The notes under the pieces: generated by a model | What the model was told of the DNA's origin: nothing | What the model saw: only the letters and a program-made list of their open reading frames with translations | Database searches by the model: none | Assembly: GCA_019828565.1 (NCBI GenBank) | Contig: JAHDYR010000064.1 | Span: 372,001 to 436,000 of the forward strand | Origin: Carpediemonas membranifera BICM | Lineage: Eukaryota > Protista > Fornicata | Direction of reading: 5' to 3' | DNA: 64,000 bases | In this document: one piece after another, positions 1-10,766 of the stretch | Numbering within the stretch: position 1 is the stretch's first letter | Layout: each line of letters starts with the position of its first letter | Position numbers and translations under genes: made by a program

Positions 1-2
1 TC

Positions 3-461
3 ACCGCGGACGACATCAGCTCGAACTACAACCCCCGCCTCGTCTTCCACGGCGGCATGGTCTGCCTCGAGATCGACGACGCCGAGTTCGGGTCGACCGA
101 CGACCTTGTCTTCGTCATCAATGGTGAGGTGTACAGCACGCTGAGCCTCGTCGACGCCATGCCGTGCAGCAGCGTCCCCCTGACTGACCTCACCTCGGTC
201 AACTCGTACGTGCTCCTCGACAGCGCCGTCGTCCTCTCGTCGCTCACAACACCCCCAACCCAACCCGCGGCCAGCTCCAACGTCGGCCTGTTCATCGCCG
301 GCGGAGTGGCGAGCGCCGCCATTGTTGGCATCACGGTCCTCCTCGTAGCCTGCTGTGTCATCGGAGGCTGCATCGTCTGTGCCACGCCGCGTCTCGTGGT
401 CTACCCGCTCGCCCGGTGGAGGGGCAAGCGATTCGTGTACGACCACGCTGAGCGGTACTAG
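3..461 (+). CDS. 3' part of a single-pass membrane protein (5' end outside the window)
   Basis: Frame is open from position 3; hydrophobic segment VGLFIAGGVASAAIVGITVLLVACCVIGGCIVC followed by a basic tail; GC3-rich codons. Confidence 0.65.
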   Translation, partial: TADDISSNYNPRLVFHGGMVCLEIDDAEFGSTDDLVFVINGEVYSTLSLVDAMPCSSVPLTDLTSVNSYVLLDSAVVLSSLTTPPTQPAASSNVGLFIAGGVASAAIVGITVLLVACCVIGGCIVCATPRLVVYPLARWRGKRFVYDHAERY

Positions 462-496
462 TGATTGATAGATAAATGTACTCTAGAGCTGTGTGT

Positions 497-1111
497 TTAC
501 TCCTCGGGCTCCTCTACGGTGCAGTTTCTGCGACTGTACGATATGAGCCACTCCCCGAGCCAAGCCACTGGGTCCGCGGGAGCAGCCTTCGTCATGGCGA
601 CAAGGCCCTTGGTCAGCGCCTCCTGCATGTTCTCGGAGGCTGCGTACTCGGCCAGCTCGTCGGCAGTGGGGATCTTCTGCACGAACTCGGGGAAGAAGAA
701 ACGCACCTCCCTTGCCGCCGACTCGGCCGAGTCCGACCCGTGGACGGCGTTACGGGTCTTATCTACGCCGTAAATGGCTCTGATTGAGTCGGGGTGGGTC
801 ATCCGTGCACCCTCAGGGCTGGTGGGGCCCATGAGGCGGCGGTAGGCCTGGATGGCGTTGGGCCCGGTGATGAGAAGTGGCATGACAGGGCCCTCGGTCA
901 TCATTGAGACAAGGTTGATGAAGAATGGCTTGTCAGCGTGCTCCTCGTAGAAGTGGCGTGCTCTATCGTCAGACAGCGTCAGTTCCTGCCTCGAAATGAC
1001 GTGCAGTCCGGATTTCTCGATAATATCGATGATATAAGACCACGCTCCGCTAGCTACAGCGTGCGGCTTGATCATACCCAATGTAAATTGCCATGCGTTG
1101 TCGTCCGACAT
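497..1111 (-). CDS. NME5: Nucleoside diphosphate kinase with C-terminal Dpy-30 domain (NME5/RSP23-like, flagellar)
   Basis: IKPHAV, FYEEH, SIRAIYG, RNAVHGSDS NDK motifs; C-terminal LTKGLVAMTKAAPADPVAWLGEWL Dpy-30-like motif; start taken at MSDDN. Confidence 0.85.
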   Translation of the reverse strand: MSDDNAWQFTLGMIKPHAVASGAWSYIIDIIEKSGLHVISRQELTLSDDRARHFYEEHADKPFFINLVSMMTEGPVMPLLITGPNAIQAYRRLMGPTSPEGARMTHPDSIRAIYGVDKTRNAVHGSDSAESAAREVRFFFPEFVQKIPTADELAEYAASENMQEALTKGLVAMTKAAPADPVAWLGEWLISYSRRNCTVEEPEE

Positions 1112-1397
1112 GCTGGTTTGTCGTTTTCGTTCGTTTCTGCAAAATTGGAGAGTTTGGTCGACCTCATGACAGAACCGCATGTGGTGGGTGCTGTGGACCG
1201 CAAGCGTATGGTGCTTTGCGGCTGCTCGGTAAGATTTTTGTTTTTCTCTTCGTCAACCTTATCAGTTGTCCAACGAACGAATTAATTTAGCCAATGTCTG
1301 ACAGCCGCCATATGACGCTCCTAGGCGTGTAGATACCCGGGTCAACTCACTTTTCCCGAGTTTGATTCCCGAGTTGCATCGACTCGGCTGATCCTGA

Positions 1398-3515
1398 ATG
1401 GGCAAGCGCAAGGGCCGTGGTTCGAAGAAGGGTGGCGATAAGCGCTCCAACAACACTAGAGATGATAGTTGGGGCACCGCTCGCGACGATGCGAAGCTGA
1501 ACGACGCATTTGCTCAGTACTACAAGCGCATCGTTCCCGCCGAGGAGTGGGATACCTTCATCGAGACGCTCTTGCAGGAGCTTCCCATCACCTTCCGCTT
1601 TAACGGCCTCCTACAGGATGGTTCTCCCGCTACCGTTCTTCGCGAGGACTTCATCAAAACCCACTGCGCTGGCTCCATCGAGAAGCCCGAGACTGTCACC
1701 GCAGAGGTCGACAACAACCGCGGCGAGGGCATTCTGAAGTTCGACGTTACCGGACCCCATCAGATGAAGTGGTACCCCGCCGCCTTCAAGATGACGATCC
1801 CCAAGCTCGTTCTCCGCAAGAACGCCGACTACCGCGCTCTCCACGAGTATCTGAAGATCCAGCACGTCCAGGGCAACATCACCCGCCAGGAGGCTGTTTC
1901 TATGGTTCCCCCGCTCTTCCTCGACGTCCAGCCTGGCCACCGCGTCATCGACATGTGCGCCGCCCCCGGGTCCAAGTCCGCCCAGCTCGTGGACATGGCG
2001 ATGGGCCCGCCCCACCTGCCTGGCACCACGGAGAAGGACACTGGCATCGTGGTCGCCAACGACGCTGAAAGAGACCGCGCCTACCTGCTTTGCTTCAACC
2101 TCTCGAGAATTGGCTCCCCTCTCGCCTGCATCACCTGTCACGACGCCGGCCACTACCCCCACGACCCTGACACGCCTCTGTACGACCGCGTCCTTGCTGA
2201 CGTGCCCTGCTCTGGGGACGGCACCCTCCGCAAGGCCCCCGACCTCTGGCGCCGCTGGACACCCGCGCTTGGCGTCGGCCTGCACGCCACGCAGCTCCGC
2301 ATCGCCATCCGCGCGTTCAACCTGCTGAAGCCCGGCTGCCGCATGGTTTACTCGACTTGCTCGTTCAACCCGATTGAGAACGAAGCTGTCGTCGCCGCTA
2401 TGCTCCAGCACGTGCACGGTGCCACCCTCGTCGACACCACCGGCCAGATGCCCGAGCTTAAGCGCCGCCCTGGCCTCCACGCCTGGGACGTCTTCAACTA
2501 CCGCTCCAAGGAGTACGTTGAGTCTTTCGACAAGCTCTCCGAGGAGGACCAGAAGAAGTTCGTCGCAACCATGTTCCCTCCCGCTGCCGAGACTGCTGCG
2601 GACCTCCACCTTGAGCGGTGCATGCGCTTCTATCCTCATGACGGCGACACGGGTGGTTTCTTCGTGGCCGTCATTCAGAAGGCCCCCGCCACCGAGGAGG
2701 AGCTCGCCCGCGAGAAGACACGCGCCGCCCGCCGTGAGGAGCGTCTTAAGGAAGCCGAGGCCGCTCCCGCGCCCACTGACGAGAGCGGCGTGCCCACCGA
2801 GACCGGGAAGCACCTGATTGTCGACATCAACAACCGCACGTTCATCGAGGAAGCATTCCTTCCCGTCGTGCCCGATGCTCCATACATCCGCACCATCCGG
2901 GACTTCTTCGGCATCGGCGACGACTTCCCCATCGCCAACACCGTCGTTCGTGGCCAACACAGCGTTAACAAGCCTTCCAAGCTCTACGTTGTTCCGCCGC
3001 CCGCCATGGAGTTCATCAACAAGCTGACGAAGGACAAGAAGCACTTCATGTACAACCTCATCAACTGCGGAATCGACGTCTTTTCCCACTGCAACAGGGC
3101 TCAGGAGACGAACCCCTGGCGCATCACTCAACAGGCCGCCAACCTCGTCGGCCCGATGTGCACTAAGCGTGTGATCGACATGCCCCGCGAGCAGCTCGCT
3201 GGGTTCTTCAAGTACGGCATTGTCGGCCTCATCGACCGCCCTGACGAGGACAATTCGATGGAGAACTGGCTCGACAAGTCGGTGGCCGAGCTAGTCACGG
3301 CCCTGTCGACCGGCTGCTTCCTTGTCCGCGTCCCCTGCCGCTGGGGCAAGGAGTACTACGCTATGTGGCGCGCCAAGGCTAGCGTCGCTACGCTGATCAA
3401 GAAGGACATGCTCGCCGTACTGTGCGGTGAGTTTGGCGTGACGATGGTAATGCCGCGCGACGAAGAGATTGCTCGCCACGAGAAGAAGCGCGCCAAGGAG
3501 GCTGAGGATGAGTAA
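1398..3515 (+). CDS. NSUN2: tRNA (cytosine-5)-methyltransferase, NSUN2/Trm4
   Basis: RQEAVSMVPP, DMCAAPGSKS, DVPCSGDGTLRK, VYSTCSFNPIENEAVV motifs. Confidence 0.95.
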   Translation: MGKRKGRGSKKGGDKRSNNTRDDSWGTARDDAKLNDAFAQYYKRIVPAEEWDTFIETLLQELPITFRFNGLLQDGSPATVLREDFIKTHCAGSIEKPETVTAEVDNNRGEGILKFDVTGPHQMKWYPAAFKMTIPKLVLRKNADYRALHEYLKIQHVQGNITRQEAVSMVPPLFLDVQPGHRVIDMCAAPGSKSAQLVDMAMGPPHLPGTTEKDTGIVVANDAERDRAYLLCFNLSRIGSPLACITCHDAGHYPHDPDTPLYDRVLADVPCSGDGTLRKAPDLWRRWTPALGVGLHATQLRIAIRAFNLLKPGCRMVYSTCSFNPIENEAVVAAMLQHVHGATLVDTTGQMPELKRRPGLHAWDVFNYRSKEYVESFDKLSEEDQKKFVATMFPPAAETAADLHLERCMRFYPHDGDTGGFFVAVIQKAPATEEELAREKTRAARREERLKEAEAAPAPTDESGVPTETGKHLIVDINNRTFIEEAFLPVVPDAPYIRTIRDFFGIGDDFPIANTVVRGQHSVNKPSKLYVVPPPAMEFINKLTKDKKHFMYNLINCGIDVFSHCNRAQETNPWRITQQAANLVGPMCTKRVIDMPREQLAGFFKYGIVGLIDRPDEDNSMENWLDKSVAELVTALSTGCFLVRVPCRWGKEYYAMWRAKASVATLIKKDMLAVLCGEFGVTMVMPRDEEIARHEKKRAKEAEDE

Positions 3516-4427
3516 ACCGCGATATCACTGCTTTGTTGAGAAATGGGAGACAATTGTCAATACTTTTTGGCAAAAATGTCGCCCCGACGTGATCAATGAA
3601 CTGCCGACTGGCTGAACCACTCTATCTGTCTGCTCCTGACCCCAAAGAGATGGCGCATGGTCGATGGTGTTCTTTGGACACAGATTCAATGCCGGTCAGC
3701 TAATCAGATGCCACTCAAACGCACAGACAAAGAACTCCGACAAACACAATGGGAAACGCTTCTGGAACGGCCCATCAGAACAATATGCATCCGGGCAAGG
3801 GCGCAAGGGAAGTTGGAACGATCACGGAGGATGATGCCACAGTTGGCTCCGACGGCAAGCCGATTGGCTTCGGTGGTGGCTTCTAACGCTTAGGTAAAAC
3901 GGTAGTGAACAGAATTGAAATGTTTCAGCATAATGAGGCCTTTTGCTGCTCTCTGAACTGATATGAAACTTGTGGCTCATATCTGTCCTCCGAAATTTGG
4001 ATCCCTGATAATCGTTTCTGGCCGGCAACATGCGTCTAAACATGCCCTATAGCAGATCCATTTCATACCCTAGTTGCCTTATGAGCCTTTCTTCACACAT
4101 CCTATACCCGTTTTGTTGGCGATGTCGTTGGATTGGCCAAGCCTGTGCACGATCATAGTCATATCAGATGAACAGGAGTGCCGTGATATGCTGATTTGAC
4201 GCACTGCGTCGGTCGACCGCTCAATCATAAGGCAGCTGTGAAAGGCGATTGCTGGCTCGCTACGCAACCAAGACTCAATATGACGCTTAGCTTGCACCTC
4301 TGCATGTCCTGCGAGTCTGGCTGACAACCTGCCGCGGCGAGGACCTGTTCTTGAACTCCCAGATGATGATTGAAAAAAGATTTTCTCCCTCAAAACTTGA
4401 AGCCGAAAGAAAGCAGAAACATTGGAT

Positions 4428-5996
4428 ATGGTGCACCATGATTCATCTTCGGACGGAAGCTCGGTCAGGGAAAGTGTTTCTTCCCGTAGCTCTGCTTCTT
4501 CGGGCGCTTCGAGCAATGCTGGTCTTGGACGCGCCCAACAAATGCAACGGGTGGCGTTCGAGCTTATCTACTTGACATCTACCCCGAATAAGATCTTCAC
4601 ATTCGTAACCCTTATCCTCCTCTTGCTAGATGCTGGTCAAATCGCCAGTTTCGCGACCGATGCAAACGTCATGGTGCTCGACGCACTTTTCGGTGTGGAC
4701 GTTTCGCCCTTGCAGAAGGCTTTGGCGTTCACTCGTGTCGGTTGGATCGCTGATATCATCGGAGCGAACGGCCTCCTCATTCTCGGCGTCGCCATCGTCG
4801 TCTTTTTCGCCGTTTTCTTTGTCGCCTCTTACTCCAGCGCTCGCGCCATCCAGCGCAACCAGCCCCCCAATATCAGCCTCGTCCGCTTCATCCGGACCAC
4901 CCTCATCCTGGTCAATACTGCCGGCTTCATCCCAGTCTTTTCGTGCCTCGTGCAGCTTGTGGTCAAGTATACTGAGAACATCATGGACAGTGGGTTCGAC
5001 TTGCTCAGCGTTGTCATCATCGCCACGTTCGGTATCATGGGTCTCATCATCACCGCCCAGGTCGTGTTCTCCACGCTGATCTCCTTCCCAAACACGCTGA
5101 CGAGCAGGAACCCGCTCGCCCGGATGCACTCCCGGGTCGACATCGTCTACTTGATCGCCAAGGTCATCACCGTCACGATGTACCAGATCAGCTTCTTCAC
5201 AGACCGGCCGATGATCCTGGCGGTCTGGATGAGCTTCTTCCTAACCACGACAATGCTCGCATACGCAGTATTTCTCCCGTACTACAACATCATCACCACC
5301 ACAGTCAGAGTGGTCGCCCTCTACCTCATCCTCGTCCTTGTCGGCTTGTCGGTCTCCTGGACTCTCTCCCTTGGTCTCCTCGTTCTCACGCCCGTGGCCG
5401 CTGTGCTCCCGCTGCTAAGCTTCCTCGCCACTGAGATTCCCATGAAGTTCTTCCGGGGTCGACTCCGCAAGACCGTTGGAGACGATATCTTCGAATCAGA
5501 GTCGGTCGAGTCATTGATGCAGAGTGTCAGCAAGGTCCCGCTGCTATTCCCGTATCAGGCGGAGATTGCAGTCAGGTATCACGTGTTGAAACTCCAGTAT
5601 ATCCAGAATCGTATCAGGAAGATTGAAAACAAGGCCCCGATCTCTCTGCTCGAGTTCAACGGTGCTGTCGAGAATGACGGCGAGTTCAACTTCCGTGCCA
5701 TGCCCCAGGACATCCGAGTCCGCTACACCCAGCTCGTCGAGGAGGCCAACCGCGAGGTAGCCTTTGTCATCCGTCTCTACCAGGCCATGCTCAGTCGGTG
5801 GCGGACGCGCCCCTTCCCCCGGATGGCGTTCATCCACTTCGTCGCCTGTTTCAGACCCAATTCGCTGCCAAATGGATCGATTCGGTCACGAGTTATTGCA
5901 ATGCCGGAAACCGGACTCCGCTTCCAACATGGTGATCTCACAAACCATCCTCAAATCGGCGCAGCTCTTCGAAAAGGACGTTTCAAAGATCGTTAA
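4428..5996 (+). CDS. Multi-pass membrane protein resembling the N-terminal part of TmcB/TmcC-like proteins; C-terminus probably truncated or rearranged
   Basis: About 8 TM helices, SRNPLARMHSR and LPYYN motifs, then a helical region; codon style changes near 5850. Confidence 0.55.
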   Translation: MVHHDSSSDGSSVRESVSSRSSASSGASSNAGLGRAQQMQRVAFELIYLTSTPNKIFTFVTLILLLLDAGQIASFATDANVMVLDALFGVDVSPLQKALAFTRVGWIADIIGANGLLILGVAIVVFFAVFFVASYSSARAIQRNQPPNISLVRFIRTTLILVNTAGFIPVFSCLVQLVVKYTENIMDSGFDLLSVVIIATFGIMGLIITAQVVFSTLISFPNTLTSRNPLARMHSRVDIVYLIAKVITVTMYQISFFTDRPMILAVWMSFFLTTTMLAYAVFLPYYNIITTTVRVVALYLILVLVGLSVSWTLSLGLLVLTPVAAVLPLLSFLATEIPMKFFRGRLRKTVGDDIFESESVESLMQSVSKVPLLFPYQAEIAVRYHVLKLQYIQNRIRKIENKAPISLLEFNGAVENDGEFNFRAMPQDIRVRYTQLVEEANREVAFVIRLYQAMLSRWRTRPFPRMAFIHFVACFRPNSLPNGSIRSRVIAMPETGLRFQHGDLTNHPQIGAALRKGRFKDR

Positions 5997-6696
5997 TGGG
6001 TATGTATTTCAGTTCTCGTCACTTTACACTGCCTCATTCAGCAGATTTCGACAGAAGAGGCGCAAGGAGTCACTTCAGCGTTAACCAACGCAAACGACAC
6101 GCTTGATACCGTCAATGAGCTTGTATTCGAGCTGGTGACGAACTTTAGACCTGATGATTACCTGCAGATGCTTGAAGACATGACCGAAGAGCTGCTCGAA
6201 CAAGAATAACGTCACAATGAGGGCAGTTGCAGGTAAATATCGCTAAGAAGCAGTCCAAACTATGCCATGCACGGTGATTTCAACCCCCTTCCCCCCTCAC
6301 CGCAGCATGGACAGTGATAGTGACTTCCATGTCGCCCACGCCGCGTACAGCCGCCCGGCATCGCCCACACACCAGGACACGCCGCCGCCCCGAGGTTGCT
6401 GGCCGACAATGGCTGCTGTGCCGTCTGTCGTCAGCTTCTGGGTGGTATATCATATGCGCAGGCTATTCCCAGTAATTATTACATGATAGCACCAATTCCT
6501 CATGCGCCCACCATTGGATGGTTTTCGATCCGAAAACACGGCCGCTGTTCCGGAATAAAGACCTGAATTGCGAGAGATGGGTTCATCTTGGGGCTTTGAC
6601 CGTATGAGACGCTTGACCCGGGTCCAAGTCAGTTTTCGATCTTCACGCGATCAAGATCGAGTTCGACGAGCAGTCACTCAACGACGAAAGCACCAA

Positions 6697-8295
6697 ATGT
6701 CACTGCCCGCACCTGAAAACGCCTTTGTAACCCCGCTGCTTACCGATTTTTACCAAATTAGCATGTGCTATGCCTATTTCAAGGCCAAGATGCACGAGCA
6801 ACCCGCCGTGTTCGAGCTCTTCTTCAGGAAAAACCCCTTCAAGGGCGCATTCACCGTTCTTGCTGGGACCGATGAAGTTCTCCGCTTTGTTAGTAACTTC
6901 AAGTTCACTGCTGAGCACATTGCCTATCTCCGCACTGTCATGCCCCACGCCGAGGATGCCTTTTTCGACTACCTCGCCGAGCTCGACTGCTCCAAGGTCA
7001 AGATCTCCACCATCGCCGAGGGCACCGTGGTGTTCCCCAAGGAGCCTCTCATCCGGGTCGAGGGCCCCCTTGCCGTCGCCCAGCTGCTCGAGACGCCCCT
7101 GCTGAACCTCATCAACTACCCCTCCCTCATCGCCACAAATGCCGCCCGCATGCGGCTGGCTGCCGGGCCCACTGTGAAGCTCCTGGAGTTCGGTCTGCGT
7201 CGTGCCCAAGGCCCCGATGGCGGGATGTCCGGGTCGAAGTACGCTATGGTCGGTGGGTTCGACGCCACCAGCAACGTTCTCGCGGGAATGATGTTCGACA
7301 TCCCGATCCAGGGCACGCACGCCCACTCCTTCATCACGTCGTTCACATCTCTCGATGACGTCGACGATGGGTTGACGCACGGGCCTGTTGTCATTCCCGA
7401 CTTCAAGCAGCAATGCGTCGCCATGAGAGAGCGGCTGGGCTACCGCACCAACGACAGCGAGCTGGCTGCCTTCATCTCGTACGCCATCTCATTCCCGGCC
7501 ACGTTCCTCGCGCTGGTCGACACATATTCGACACTCGACAGCGGCGTCAAGAACTACGTCGCCGTGGCCGCTGTCCTCGCCAGCCACGGCATCAAGCCTC
7601 TGGGCATTCGCCTGGATAGCGGCGATCTGGCCTATCTCTCGATACAGGCCCGCAAGCAGTTCCGGGAGGCCGACGAGAAGCTTGGGCTCGACCTGAAGCT
7701 GGAGAACTCGACAATCGTGGCGTCTAACGACATCAACGAATCGATCCTCCACTCCCTGAAGGAGCAGAAGCACGACATCGACACCTTCGGCATCGGCACG
7801 CACCTCGTCACCTGCCAGGCTCAGCCCGCCCTCGGTTGTGTCTACAAGCTCGTGCAGGTCCGCGGCATGCCCCGGATCAAGCTTTCGAATGAGAAGGACA
7901 AGATGACGATCCCCGGCCTGAAGCAGCTCTACCGCATCCACGGCCGGACTGGCCCCATCCTCGACCTGCTGACCCGGGCGGACGACCCCGCTCCCGCTGT
8001 CGGCGAGAGCATCATGGCGATGCACCCGTTCCAGGAGGAGAAGCGCGCCCGGGTCACACCCGTGAAGGTTGAGAAGCTGCTGCTCGTACGGTGGGACGGC
8101 CGGCTCGTCGACGGGTACACCCTGCCCAGCGTCTCGGACACCCGCGAGTTCGTGAAGCAGCAGCTGCGTGTGATGCGTGAGGACCACATCCGGTCCCAGT
8201 TCCCCACGCCGTACAAGCTCAGCGTCACACAGACACTGTTCGCGTCGATCAGGAAGCTGTGGCTCGAGTCGAGTCCCGTAGCTGAGCTGTGTTAG
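6697..8295 (+). CDS. NAPRT: Nicotinate phosphoribosyltransferase
   Basis: LLTDFYQISM, EFGLRRAQGPDGG, GTHAHS, GIRLDSGDL, GIGTHLVTC, ALGCVYKL. Confidence 0.95.
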   Translation: MSLPAPENAFVTPLLTDFYQISMCYAYFKAKMHEQPAVFELFFRKNPFKGAFTVLAGTDEVLRFVSNFKFTAEHIAYLRTVMPHAEDAFFDYLAELDCSKVKISTIAEGTVVFPKEPLIRVEGPLAVAQLLETPLLNLINYPSLIATNAARMRLAAGPTVKLLEFGLRRAQGPDGGMSGSKYAMVGGFDATSNVLAGMMFDIPIQGTHAHSFITSFTSLDDVDDGLTHGPVVIPDFKQQCVAMRERLGYRTNDSELAAFISYAISFPATFLALVDTYSTLDSGVKNYVAVAAVLASHGIKPLGIRLDSGDLAYLSIQARKQFREADEKLGLDLKLENSTIVASNDINESILHSLKEQKHDIDTFGIGTHLVTCQAQPALGCVYKLVQVRGMPRIKLSNEKDKMTIPGLKQLYRIHGRTGPILDLLTRADDPAPAVGESIMAMHPFQEEKRARVTPVKVEKLLLVRWDGRLVDGYTLPSVSDTREFVKQQLRVMREDHIRSQFPTPYKLSVTQTLFASIRKLWLESSPVAELC

Positions 8296-8323
8296 ATGGT
8301 AAAGATTATGATAGTGCTCTGCA

Positions 8324-9997
8324 ATGGCGACAACTGAGTTATCATCGGCCTTGCCCAACGTTGCCAGCTGTATGTCCATGCAGGTGGGGAAACGATTCAT
8401 ATTTGGAACAGACATCGGAACTATACGGTACATAGGACCAATCAAGTCCGCGAAAGCTGCTGATGTTGATTATGTGGGCGTAGAATGGGACGAAGACTCC
8501 AAGCGGAAGACCACTTACGATGGAAGCTTCGATGGCGACAGATACTTCACTTGTGATCCAAAGCGTGGCTCATTCTTCAAGAGGAGCGCTGTAGAGGGGA
8601 AATTCGTCTTTGCCACTCCATTTTTCAGCGAGATCCAGGACAGGTACGAGAACAACACGCTCACAGACGCCGACAGGGAGGGTATGTTCCTCCACACAGG
8701 CAACAGGACCATCCAGATCGAGTTTGTGGGCGAGGAGAAGATCAGTGCCCGCCAGTCGAGGACGGAGCACATCACGGACTTCTGTCTCAAGGAGTCTGCC
8801 CTCGGTCGCCCCTACCCCGAAGACATCGCGGAAGCCGACATTCCGGCCCACGTTTCTGCGGTTCGGGCCAAGACGGCGTCCCTGGTGAGCCTGGACATCT
8901 CCCGCTGCCTGCTGACGTCCTGGGCCGACCTGGGCAGTATCCTCGCCATGTGCCCTGCGGTGGAGACCGTGCGGGTCGACGGAAACCATATGGGCCCTGT
9001 TGCAGAGGGTGACCCGGCCCTCATCGCCCAGGCCGCCCCTAAACTGCGGGCCCTGTTCGCTTCGAACTGCGGGCTGAGGGGCGAGGCTATCGCTCGGCTA
9101 GCCGCGGTACCAGGCCTGAGGGCGCTCCATGTCGCTGAGAACTCCCTGGGAACGGTCACTGCCCCGCCGTCGTCCCTCAGCCTGGTCCGGCTCGGGCTCG
9201 AGCGGTGCGGCGTCGACTCATGGGCGACTGTGCAGGTTATGACCAAGGGCCTGACAGCGCTGGACTCTCTTGCACTCGAGGGCAACCCGCTGGGGGACCA
9301 CCAGTTCACGGGGGAGTCGTTCCCGCAGTCACTCCGGCACGTCACAGTTTCCGGCACCGCAATCGACTCCTGGGCGACTCTGGAGTCGATGGGGCAGACT
9401 TCCGTTGACTCTCTCCGGACCGGGGCGGAGCAGGTGGAGACCGACGTCAGGCCGGTCGCCGTGCTCGAGGGTCTGACCGCCCACAAGGCGCGGCTGCTGT
9501 GCATCGCCCGGCTCGGATGGCTGAGGCTCCTCAACGGGGCGCCGGTCAACCAGCTGGAGCGGCAGGACGCGGAGAGGTCGTACGTGCGGTCCGTCGTCCA
9601 GTTCATGCCGGGGTCGACCCTCGCCGAGATTGAGGCCGCCCACCCCAGGGTCCCAGTACTCATCGACCGCCACGAGATGCGGCCTGAGTTCCCAGCACTA
9701 TTCGGCAAGGCCGCCAAGACTACTGTCCTGGTGCACTTTAAGGTCTTGTCTGGAGTCGACGAGATTCTTTCCGAGGACCGCGATGTTCCCCTCAGCCTCT
9801 CCGTGTCCGAGCTCCTCAAGCTGGTTCCAATCCCAGCCGGTCATGCGCCGGTGCGAGGCAGGGCTGCGTGGGTCGACCCTGCGAGCGGGCGGATGGAGGA
9901 GCTGACGAAGGAGCTGCTGCTGGTGAGGGACATCGGGCTGGACGACGGCTACGAGGTCCGCATTCCTGTGACTGCCATCAAGCGGCGACGGAGGTAG
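8324..9997 (+). CDS. TBCE: Tubulin-specific chaperone E (CAP-Gly, LRR, ubiquitin-like)
   Basis: GTIRYIG..YVGVEWD..YDGSFDGDRYF CAP-Gly; LRRs; ERQDAERSY; UBL-like C-terminus. Confidence 0.85.
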   Translation: MATTELSSALPNVASCMSMQVGKRFIFGTDIGTIRYIGPIKSAKAADVDYVGVEWDEDSKRKTTYDGSFDGDRYFTCDPKRGSFFKRSAVEGKFVFATPFFSEIQDRYENNTLTDADREGMFLHTGNRTIQIEFVGEEKISARQSRTEHITDFCLKESALGRPYPEDIAEADIPAHVSAVRAKTASLVSLDISRCLLTSWADLGSILAMCPAVETVRVDGNHMGPVAEGDPALIAQAAPKLRALFASNCGLRGEAIARLAAVPGLRALHVAENSLGTVTAPPSSLSLVRLGLERCGVDSWATVQVMTKGLTALDSLALEGNPLGDHQFTGESFPQSLRHVTVSGTAIDSWATLESMGQTSVDSLRTGAEQVETDVRPVAVLEGLTAHKARLLCIARLGWLRLLNGAPVNQLERQDAERSYVRSVVQFMPGSTLAEIEAAHPRVPVLIDRHEMRPEFPALFGKAAKTTVLVHFKVLSGVDEILSEDRDVPLSLSVSELLKLVPIPAGHAPVRGRAAWVDPASGRMEELTKELLLVRDIGLDDGYEVRIPVTAIKRRRR

Positions 9998-10766
9998 GTT
10001 CAGATCCTCAGATAAATTTTGGCAGTCTCCAGTGATCTCGCCTTGTAGCCCTGTCGACAGTGAAAAGCCATAAAGCATAGCTGGCGTTATCATCTGACAG
10101 CAGTACGGAATGCGGTTAAAACTGAGTCGTAGACTCCATTGATGACCGTGGACGGTGTGAAATGGGTCAGTCGCTACATCACAATGGTCGACTCTCACCC
10201 CGTATCCCCGGGCCAAGGGGAGACAGTCCAAGTGCCGGGATGTGATGCCAATTACACTCTCTCGCGCTCCTGATCTCACCCCGAAGCAAGTGCTTCGGTC
10301 AAAATTTTGACTTTGAAATGGAGTGACCTTAAAATGTGCAACAGTCACTTGCCACCCGAACCAATGTTTAACCTCTTCCCTAACCGAAGCCCACCTGTGC
10401 TCCATTGCCTCGCTTGGGCAGACGCAGGCCGGCAGGCTTTGCGAGTAAAGAAGCAGTTTCAAAAATCGTGACCATCCGGACGTGTGCATCCGCTTATTAA
10501 CCGCTTATTACTTCACAAATGTACATAAGGCCAGAACCCCCGGGGTGAGAGAGGGTTGACAACGGTGTGAGGGATGAGGTGTCCGACATGCTCAGGCAGC
10601 CTTGCCCAGTGATAATCATGTTGGGGATAAAGACACTGCCAAGGCTCTTATACAAGGCCCGCTGTGATCACGGGTCGACTCTGCCGGTGCATTGGGCCGT
10701 ATGACTGCACGACTTTGACCGCAGCATTCGAATGCGAACCAATGCAATGCACGTGACCTTGATTGA

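Noticed and set aside
1611-3131. Long antisense ORFs (also 26291-27214, 41864-43099, 59850-61010 and others)
   Set aside because: Shadows of GC3-rich sense genes; no independent motifs
5994-5999. TAA read-through or alternative genetic code at the TmcB-like stop
   Set aside because: TAA, TAG and TGA all terminate conserved genes in this window, so the standard code fits
10490-10510. CCGCTTATTA x2, and TGAATA repeats near 17070
   Set aside because: Trivial slippage duplications
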